Shown: piece by piece, positions 54,598 through 64,000 of the stretch | Layout of the letters: every line of letters begins with the position of its first letter | Numbering within the stretch: the first letter of the stretch is position 1 | Assembly: GCA_964016885.1 (NCBI GenBank) | Contig: OZ024741.1 | Location: forward strand, 374,542,001 to 374,606,000 | Length of the DNA stretch: 64,000 bases | Reading direction: 5' to 3' | Source of the DNA: Eledone cirrhosa | Taxonomy: Eukaryota | The notes under the pieces: model-generated | The model's input: the letters and a program-made list of their open reading frames with translations, nothing else | Database searches by the model: none | Told to the model about the DNA's origin: nothing | Program-made: the position numbers and the translations under genes

Positions 54598-55060
54598 GTA
54601 ATTATTTATTATTGAATTTGAGGATGGTTGATTGGTAGAATTGTGAGAGATGTACAATAATGCTTTGCATTATTGTCTCTGTTATGTTCAAATCCCTCCA
54701 AAGTTAACTTTGCATTTCAGCTTTTCTGGGGTTGATAAAGTACCAGTTAAGTATTGGGGTCAATTGACTTGACCTCCCTTGAAAAATTGCTGGTCTTATC
54801 ATCTTTGTTTTTACAATTTTTCCACACTTGCATGGATTAGACAGGTTCTTTTCAGCACAGCATCTCTCTACATGCCGCATTCCTTTGCCATCTCTTTGCT
54901 CAGGTCTTTCTTGATCTACCTCTATGATGACTTCTTTCCTGGCATTCTTCACCCAGAGTGCCTAAATTTGAAATTGATTTAGAATTGAATTTTATCTTGT
55001 TTTTTTTTTAAAATTATTTTTCATTGAAAGTCTTTGAATGTTTCATTACTTCTGTTTCAG

Positions 55061-55211
55061 CTTTGATGAAATCTTGAAAGAAACTGATGGTGTTATGGTC
55101 GCACGTGGTGATTTGGGTATTGAGATTCCTCCTGAAAAAGTGTTTCTAGCTCAGAAGATGATGATAGCTAAATGCAATAAAGCTGGAAAGCCCATTATTT
55201 GTGCCACTCAG
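55061..55211 (+). CDS. PKM: Pyruvate kinase coding exon 8 ([12 protein letters not shown]...ICATQ)
   Basis: 151 nt, ARGDLG motif. Confidence 0.98.
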
Positions 55212-55218
55212 GTGTGTA

Positions 55219-55255
<37 letters not shown>

Positions 55256-55270
55256 TTATTTATCTATTAA

Positions 55271-55390
55271 TTTATTATAGAAATTACTTCTACAGGACTA
55301 GAACTGTTTCATTTGTAAGAATTCAGGACTTTCCTGATGATTTCTTATGAATGAAAGTTCTAGTCCCATAGAAGTTATTTCTATAATAAA
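55271..55390. repeat. Intronic inverted repeat containing a degenerate hammerhead of the 19.8-kb family
   Basis: Arms TTTATTATAGAAAT.ACTTCTA..GGACTAGAAC and GTTCTAGTCC..TAGAAGT.ATTTCTATAATAAA; CTGATGA at 55334, GAAA at 55353, stem III damaged. Confidence 0.75.
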
Positions 55391-55931
55391 ATGAATATGC
55401 CTATACTCCAACATATTGAGTACCAGTTTTGACAGTGGTTGCCTCTCAATTTACATTGGGATCTTAGACATAAATATATAGATAATTGGTGTCATTTTCA
55501 TTACATAGTTACTTGTATTATTGAGCAATTGAGGTTCTATACTCACAGTTCATTGGTTAAAGAGACCATTCTTGATCTTGTGTTGTAGCTTTAATCCCAC
55601 CCACATTTGGGTGCCATTAAGTAGAATCTAGTCTGTTGCAAACATTCAGCTAAATCTCTGAGGTCAGCTTCCTCCTTTTCCCCCACCAGTCTTAGAGACT
55701 CTGAAAAATATAATGGATGTGGTTTTCCATATTCTTGATTAAGTTACAAAAAATAAATCCTATAACAATGTATTTCTAAGCTTACACAGGTTATACAATG
55801 ATTTATCTTGCCTCAGTAATGCCTTGAGTAGATATGCAATCTTGCTAACACAATTGTATGTAAAGATGAGTAAGTATTGTTATTGGCCATTACCTGATAT
55901 TTTCATTACAATTTTCAATTTATTTTATCAG

Positions 55932-56084
55932 ATGTTGGAAAGTATGGTGAAAAAACCACGTCCAACGCGAGCTGAAGCTGGTGATGTTGCCAATGCTGTT
56001 CTTGATGGTGCAGACTGTGTTATGTTATCAGGAGAAACTGCCAAAGGTTCCTACCCATTGGAGGCTGTCCGTATGATGGCGAAA
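55932..56084 (+). CDS. PKM: Pyruvate kinase coding exon 9 ([24 protein letters not shown])
   Basis: 153 nt, conserved motifs. Confidence 0.98.
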
Positions 56085-57097
56085 GTATGTGTTCAGTTCT
56101 CATTAACTACTCTTTATATATTTGTATAATCAAAATATACTAAGTTATTTTTCATTTTATAAATTTTAACTTTTACCATTAAAAAGCATTTACTTAGCTT
56201 TGATGTTTATTTCGCCATGTTAGGTGGTAGACTTAATCCACCTTCTTGTTTAGCACAACCCCTTGTATTTAGCTTCAAATAGACTTGAACTGTGTGAGTA
56301 TAATTAGGCTAACACAGAGCTTCAGTTTATCTAACGGGATGGACTGTATCTTAAGCTGTCACTTGATCTAGAAACACCACTTGGATCTTGAATTCAGTTT
56401 GTTGCAAGTTTTTGAACCCAGTCTCTCATTAGAGAATGACTCAATATCTTGATGTGCTGTTGATTCCTACTACAGCAACCCATGTCATCATCATCATCAT
56501 CTTCGTTTAACGTCCATCTTCCACGCTAGCATGGGTCAGACGGGTATTTGGTTTATTCCTACCCTCACCCCCACATCATCATGGAGGCTCTGTAGGATGG
56601 TCATGGATGTTGCCTTTCCTCTTTTCAATGACCCATTAAAAAAATGTTCATTTGTCATATCTTGTGTGTATTCAGTTTACAATAGGTACACCATGTCATA
56701 ATAGGTGACTCAAAGAGTTGGTTCTAAGTTGGTTCTCTCCACAAAAAGGACCCCTAATAATGAGTATTACCTGTGGTGGAGCCCCACATGCTTTACTCTT
56801 GCTTAACTGGGAAAAATGTCCTTTAAGCACTGGTTGTATCTTTTTGAAGAAACAAACATCATTTCCTACTTTTTCTGACTACTTCTCCAATATCAGGTCT
56901 GTTTTTTAAAAAGCTATTTATGTAAAAAAGAAAATTTTTGTTCACTAAATGTTCTCATAATAATAATAATAATAATAATACAAGATGTCAATACTAGAGT
57001 GTAATTATGCTATTTTCAAAGTTAATAAATGTTAAATACCTGTTATAATTCTTGTTATATAATTATTACTATTATTTTATAAATACTTACCTTAAAG

Positions 57098-57264
57098 ATT
57101 GCCCGTGAAGCTGAATCTGCTGTGTTTCATAGTCATTTGTTTGAAGAACTCCGACGTCAGACACCAACACCAACAGATGCTACTCACACTGTTGCAATTG
57201 CAGCTGTTGAAGCTTCATTCAAGTGTCATGCTGCTGCTATCATTGTTATTACAACAACTGGAAG
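57098..57264 (+). CDS. PKM: Pyruvate kinase coding exon 10 (IAREAE..LFEELRR..EASFKC..ITTTGR)
   Basis: 167 nt, equivalent to vertebrate PKM exon 9/10. Confidence 0.97.
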
Positions 57265-57508
57265 GTTAGTAATTCAAAGAAAGTTTAGTGATTTATAGAA
57301 GTGAAGAAAAGGTTTTGGACCGATTCATATATAATGAAATAAATACTGATCAATGGAATACTAGACTTGTGGTTGACTAAAAACCTTGAAAACTTTGCTC
57401 CCAGTGTGGCTGCAGTCCAACTACTGAAACCAATAAAAGAATACTTTGAAAATCACTGACAGTCATAAGTTTTGCAACTTATATTCAATATTTTTCTTCA
57501 CTTTCTAG

Positions 57509-57627
57509 GTCAGCTCATCTTATTTCTGCCTATCGTCCACGTTGTCCGATCCTTGCTGTAACTAGAACTGCCCAAGTTGCTCGCCAGGCTCACATGTATA
57601 GAGGAATTATTCCAATTTATTATGAAG
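57509..57627 (+). CDS. PKM: Pyruvate kinase coding exon 11 (SAHLISAYRPRCPILAVTR..ARQAHMYRG)
   Basis: 119 nt, phases match. Confidence 0.97.
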
Positions 57628-58266
57628 GTAAGTTAACACTTCAAATAAATAGTATTAAGTTATGTCAGATATGTAATGGATTTGTGTTTACCCTTAAAGT
57701 TTTTACTACTTTTAGTTATCACTAACACAAGCCTGTTTAAAAAGTATGTGAATAAAGTACAGAGGTAAATAAGGAAATTACTGAATTTTTAAATAAAAAC
57801 AATTATCAATTAAAGAATGGGTATCCTGGTTTTCTATGTTAATTTCTCCATGCTGGCAAGGGTTGGATGAGATGGTGTGAGGCAAATTTTTTACAACCAG
57901 TTGCCCTTCTTGATGCCAACTTTTAGTCACCTCTTACGACATGCTGGGAAACAACCTATCCTAAAAACCAGGATATGCACAGCCTGCTGTGGCTTACTTG
58001 GGTAAGGTACTTAAGGACTTAATCCATCACTCAGTTTAATATCACCACCGGGCGCATGAGTGTCTTTTAGTGGAGTCTACTCTTAGAAGCATTTAGATGC
58101 AGTCTCTAGCTAAATAATTTAATATATATTTTAGTAGTTTGAGTTTTATGGGTATATGAATATAAAATTTGTGATACAAGTATTTCCCTGCCAAAATGAT
58201 TATAAAATATTGTATTAGGTTTGGAAGTTTCCAGTTAAGAGAGCTATCAAATTTCATAACCTAGAT

Positions 58267-58421
58267 CAAAGGTTCTCAACGGGGGGCATATGCACCCCCA
58301 GGGGGGCGTTTGGGAGTAAGGTCGCATTAGGGGGGGGGGCTGCTTTGTAGCTGGGGGAGGGGGGTTAGGGGGCGCTGGAAGGCTCTTTATTTTGGTAAGT
58401 TTTATAAGCCATATTTGTATG
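58267..58421 (+). mobile_element. hAT (Charlie/Buster-like) transposon end, truncated by a SINE tail
   Basis: CAAAGGTTCTCAACGGGGGG preceded by ACCTAGAT (nnnTAnnn target type); homologous to 14496-14590. Confidence 0.65.
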
Positions 58422-59801
58422 GGAAAATTCACGTCCAAACCCATGCAAGCGTGGAAGATGGACGTTAAACGATGATGATACAATAGGCATATAATGAACT
58501 CAAATAAAACTAGACTAGTGAGGTTTGTTGACAAACATTAAAAATGTAAAGACGATGACTGTATAGTTGGCTCATAAATGTTCTCGAAAATGCTGCAAGA
58601 CATAAGCAGTTAGACTTAACAATTTCAACTATTTCTGCAACTAAGGGGAAATGTTTTTTAAATTAGGGATATAGTACATTTATATATAGGGTTTTAACTT
58701 TAGAAAATTTTAGTTCTTTTCCACTCATAAGTGAACCCCTCCTTAAAACAATAGGCATTTAATTTTAGTTAATTATTTAATAAAATTGGATATTAAATAA
58801 AACTAACTAAACTTTCATGCACAATTATCAGTTTGGTTGAATTGTCAAAGGATATTAATAGGTACTAAAGAGGTGTTATCACTTTCACATCATTAAACTA
58901 TTTCTTAATTTATCTAAATAGATGATCATAAGGGTAACATTTTGAATTTTAATTTTCTTTTTCACATAAATTTGAGGCAGCAAGTTGCCTTGTGGTGCTT
59001 GTTCTGGCTCTTTGTACGCTGGATTCAAGGTCAACTTTGCTTTTCACTCTTTTTTGGGGTTGATAAAATAAAGTTGAAGTCCAGGGTGATAGGTTGGTGC
59101 TGGTCTTGAGTGACTTTAGTGGAGTTAGTTCTGTTGGATGAATTTGGGCCATTTCTCTGTTTTGAGGATACCTTCCTCCTTGACTAAACAGTTAATTTCT
59201 TTTTTATTTTAGCAGTTTAAATTTAAGTAAATGTATAATTTTAATGCTGTTAGTGGTGTATTTGTCATCTGATTTGAAAGTGTAGATGTTTCTGTAATAC
59301 TTATTTCATGTTTGTTTCATGTTACTTTTAAAAGTTTTCATTAAATGATTTTTTTTAAAAATTAAACAAGTTTAAATTTATATATCTATTTAATATAATA
59401 GAATATTTGGAAGGGAACATTCCAGCTTTTCTAAATGTTTATAGTATAATTTATATTTTGAAAATCGACTTCCATTAGAAGTTTCATCTTAAAAATTGTC
59501 ATTATCATAACTAATAACATTTTCATTCATCTTAAGTTCAATTTCAAAAGGTTCAGATTTTTCGAAAATAAGTTTACCTTAAAATTTTGTACAAAACAAA
59601 AAAAAAAACTACTTTAAATTTCAACTACTCATACAGTTGTTAAAAAACACCCTTTGTGTGCTGTCCATTGTTTTATTTTGCCTATGCCTGTGTTGTTTTA
59701 TACATATTTGCATGAATTTGATTATTTATGAAATGAAACAGTTGATGCATTTGCTTCTAAGCATTTCTAGGTCTTATGCTCTGTTTAAATTTCCTACACA
59801 G

Positions 59802-60010
59802 AGAAAAGAGACAGTCAGTGGACTGAGGATGTTGATAAGCGCATTCAAAGAGCTCTGGAAGCCGGGCATGAACATGGGTTTATCTTCAAGGGAGTTCCCC
59901 TAGTGATTGTGACTGGCTGGAAATCTGGTTCGGGCTTCACTAACACGCTGAGACTTATCAATGCACCTGGCAAAGATGAAACTGCTCCTATTATGGCCAG
60001 TCATTCTTGA
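59802..60010 (+). CDS. PKM: Pyruvate kinase coding exon 12 (WTEDVDKRI..VTGWKSGSGFTNTLR..ASHS*)
   Basis: 209 nt, FBP-binding loop motif, TGA at 60008-60010; total CDS 1680 nt. Confidence 0.96.
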
Positions 60011-60970
60011 ATGATGTGATTTTGATGATGTTGGGTTGTCATTTGTTTAGAGACTTGCTTATAGAAACTCTTGTTTCAATTAATTTAGTGACCTTTATTT
60101 CTTTCCTCTAGAGAATAACAGATGCTCACCTGCCTTCGATAGGTGCCAACTTTGTAGTATTAAATACAATAATAATTTACTTTATAATATGGAAACTCCT
60201 TTCCATGAAAATATAGAATATTTGTAGATTTAAGTGACTATGGTCATACATTTTCAACTACCTCTGCAGCTACAGTTGAAATATAATTATTGGAGCCTTA
60301 GTTTCTCAAAATTTCAACTAATACTATATTAATCATGATTATACCAATTTCTTTTTATTTACTCTTATTGAAGCTGAAAGTTTTCCTAAACGTTCGTGCA
60401 AGAGGATCTTTTATTGATAAAAATCAATTTATTTTTAAATAATCAGAATTTAAAAAAAATATCTGAAAGAAAAGTAATACTTTTCTATGTATAAATATTT
60501 TTGTTGATATAACAGTAGTTGAAGTTGAAAAAAAAATAATGCCTATATTGTTTGTAAGTATTAATATTTAGAAATTGATATTTTATTGTATCAAGTATTT
60601 TTCTTTGATTCAGTTCTTTTTCTTAAATGGGACCAGAATATATAAAAAAATGTTCGTGCAGACTTGATATTTTAGCTGCTTGGTTCCCTATCTAAACTCT
60701 TGTGCACTAAAATACTTCATTGTATTTTAGTTGAATCATGTAATACAAATTTACTTCGAGATGCAGTATATTTGAAAGCTTTAATATAATAAATCTTTAG
60801 TTTAATGATATCCGTGAAGTTAACCGGTATTCATATTTCAATTATCTCATATATTTAATACTCATAAAACTAACCCTATACAATTTGTCAACATTTAATT
60901 ATCTCTCAAAAGTTACTCATTAGAATATTTTCTATATCTTTTAGTTTATGATTTTGATATTTTAGGAATG

Positions 60971-61004
<34 letters not shown>

Positions 61005-61075
61005 TTTTATCATCTATAAGTGTTTCAACGAATTATAGATTTGTTTGTGTTTAAAATGGTTTGTGTTAAATTGTT

Positions 61076-61081
61076 AATAAA
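61076..61081 (+). terminator. Probable polyadenylation signal of pyruvate kinase
   Basis: AATAAA followed by a U/GU-rich downstream element; an alternative AATAAA lies at 60788. Confidence 0.5.
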
Positions 61082-63389
61082 TGTGTGCAAATACCTTTTT
61101 AGTCGTTTTTGTCATTTATCCCTTATATATTTCACCTTTTTTTCCTCTTCGAAACTCTTGACAAAATACTAATCTCACTTTGAAATCTAACTCCTGCTTG
61201 AAAGTGCTTTTGGATAAACCTTTCATTGGCTGACATTTAATTTAACTTTGGTTAAGGAATTGGTTACTGGTTTCTTTTTCAAAATTTTCTCAGAATGCTT
61301 TAATTTTCTGCTCTATTCAACCCTGCTTTCCTTTTTTCTAACTATTGATTTCTTATCTAGTTGGGCATATTTAAAATCTTGCAATGTATTCTAGGGTGAA
61401 AAGTAATCTTAAGCTAGGTCTTTGTGTGTGTTCTTTCTTTCTTTTATTTAGCAAAGTCTGTAGAAGTTTGAAAAGTGGGGAATTTTTAAGACTCTTAAAT
61501 GTTATGATTCATTGTTTAGTTTTGCTTTTTACAAAGATAGTGGGCTGATGAAAAAATATGTACATATGGGCAAAAGTATGGCTGTGTGATTTAAAAAAAA
61601 ATTGCTTCTCAAGCATGTAGTTTTAGGTTTGAGCACACTATATTCCTTGAACAAAATTTGGTAGACAGAAACTATGCAGTCATGGGAGGTAACTCAATAG
61701 GTGAGCTCAGTCATTTGCTAGATAAAATGAAGACCAAACTAGGGTTAATAAAATTGATTGAAACACTTGGTGATGCCCAGCATTGCTGCAGCTCAGTGAC
61801 TGAAATCAATAAAATATGTATATTGGTTGTGGACTTCGATTGCCAAATATTAAGTTGTAGGCTGAATGGGTGTTGAGATAAAACTAAACATTTGTAGAAA
61901 TAGGTTTCAGAAGCTGTATTTCAAAATTCATTGATAGAAGTATTCTAATATCTTATTTATGGAGATTCACTAAGAAAAATGTGTTTGGAGATTACAAATC
62001 TAATGACAGTTTAAAACTAAAATAAAATTATTGCTTTGTATCATAGTGATGGTTAAGTGTTGATACCCTGAATGGCTGACACTTTGTCCTTGAGCAAGAC
62101 AGTTCATTTCACCTTGCTCCAGTTCACTCAGCTGAAAAAAAAATTAATACCAGCAGCGGTAGTTGGGGTTTAACCCTGCATTAAACTGGCACCGTGTTGA
62201 GTAGGAGAGTTTTATACTTCATGACTAAAATTGGGATAAGCACTGATCTGATGAGTTTCTGTGCATGAGACAAACTGTTAATGTTTATGATAGTAAAACT
62301 TGTATTAGATTAAATGTCTTGGGTAGTATAATTTCGCTGCTTTATATTTCTGGAGTTTGAGAAAAAATTTTCTAAATGTTTTGGAAATTAAAAAAAACAT
62401 TTGTTTTTTTCATTAAAACTGTCTTTTATTTGAAATTAATATATTAAAGATTTCTTCCTTATTTGTTATATGCATTTCCTGGTAATTCATTATGTGGCTA
62501 ACAATAGTATTGTGTTTCATGAGAAAAGTGGTTTAAGTCATGAAAAACAATATACAAAACAAGGCTGTTCTTGTCTCATCTTTTTGATTACATTACACTT
62601 TGTGTATAAGACCAGATATCTTTTGCTGTTCTGAGTTTTGGATCTAAGGATCACTTGGTAAGTCATTTCACTCATTCAATCATTATTTTACATATTTGTG
62701 TATCATTTTTACATTCATGGTGATCCTTCTTTCATACAAGATGGTAGTACACATGGAAGCAGTGGCAAAATATTTTAAATTACTTTTTTCATTGGCATTG
62801 ATCTTTTCAAGATTTATATATATATCATTTAAAAAAAAAAGGTCTAAATTCATACTTTGTGAAATATATACATGTCTTAAGGTATTTTAAAGTACCCTTT
62901 AACAAAAATAAATTGCTCCTATTTCAAAGATATGTATATATTGGATAATTGTACTGGTTTATGAAGTGGAATTTGCTATCAGAATCGTTTATAACTCAGC
63001 TTTTGCTGTCCTACATTGTTGTGGTTACACATCTGGTTGCTATAGGAATATTCTTGGTAGATTATCAGTGAACTAATATTTAATTTTATAAAGCATTCAA
63101 TTCTCATTTGAATAACGTACTTTTATGTTCAGTTAACTATGTTCTGCAATAGTGAAGTATTGTGAAGAGGTAAAATACATTTGCTGAGGTATTTCAATGT
63201 TAGCATTAAAAATAGTGGTTCTGATATAAAATCATTGCTGGTGGATTTTTATATGTAGTTGCTTTATTTGAAAAATTAAGAGTAATATTCAAGGATAAAA
63301 TACTTCTTACAAAAAATTGGAAGTCAATTTTTTTATGCTATTTTCATTTGAAATATTACCAAAACCGTAAAATTATTCACATAGAATAG

Positions 63390-63432
<43 letters not shown>

Positions 63433-63463
63433 GTTAAAAGCTGTACAGAAAAGATAAGGATGT

Positions 63464-63498
<35 letters not shown>

Positions 63499-64000
63499 TA
63501 ATTTCATTTAAACAAATGATGATTGCATTTAGAATAATCGATCCCTGTTAGAGAATACAATATAGAGTATTGTGTATTTGTGTTATAGATATAGAAGTGT
63601 GCAGTATGAACAGATGTAACATTGGAGTGATTAGTATAGAAACTTCCAACCCAGATAGTTAAACATTTCCTCATGATTATATAAAGAGTTAAGTGGTCCA
63701 TATGTCACCATCTATCAAATGGTTTAACTTTATTCAGAGTGGCAGCTAAGTTGAGTTTACCATCATTTTCAATTATATAATTTAGTTTATTTGTAAAAAC
63801 TTGTTAGATATGTCAATTGTATAGTTATATTAAATCATTTCACAGGAGTATTTAACCCTTTCATTACAGTATTTCTATAGAAAGACTGTTGTTTATTTTA
63901 TTTTTAAATAATTCTGAAAATAATAATTTGGAGGAATTTAGTAATATAACTAGTTTTCTCATTATTTATCTGGTGTAAGGTTCTTACATAAAATTATGAT

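Noticed and set aside
60008-60019. Stop-codon readthrough or selenocysteine at TGA
   Set aside because: TGA ATG ATG TGA gives no readthrough context and would add only three residues.
62240-62285. CTGATGA plus hairpin as a further hammerhead
   Set aside because: It lacks GAAA after stem II and has no convincing stem I; it lies in a SINE tail.

Overview
AT-rich eukaryotic (metazoan) genomic DNA. The repeat landscape (RTE LINEs, tRNA-SINEs, abundant microsatellites) suggests a cephalopod such as Octopus, which is an inference. Bases 1-14363 are a ~360-copy 40-bp satellite array with a ~5-kb higher-order duplication. It is bounded by a hAT-type transposon end and a truncated CRE-clade (restriction-like endonuclease) retrotransposon. 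The only host gene is a + strand pyruvate kinase with 12 coding exons (43722-60010, 1680 nt, 559 aa), all with GT-AG borders and consistent phases. A probable non-coding first exon and promoter lie near 18.8-19.0 kb, which would give a ~24.7-kb repeat-filled first intron. The most unusual signal is a set of hammerhead-ribozyme folds from three different sequence families, each associated with an inverted repeat and mostly near (TA)n tracts (16769-16812 -, 17534-17599 -, 19818-19870 and 19910-19961 +, degenerate 55328-55376 +). One tandem pair lies sense within the putative first intron of pyruvate kinase, with an antisense copy between the two ribozymes. All coordinates and folds were derived by hand, and no searches were run.
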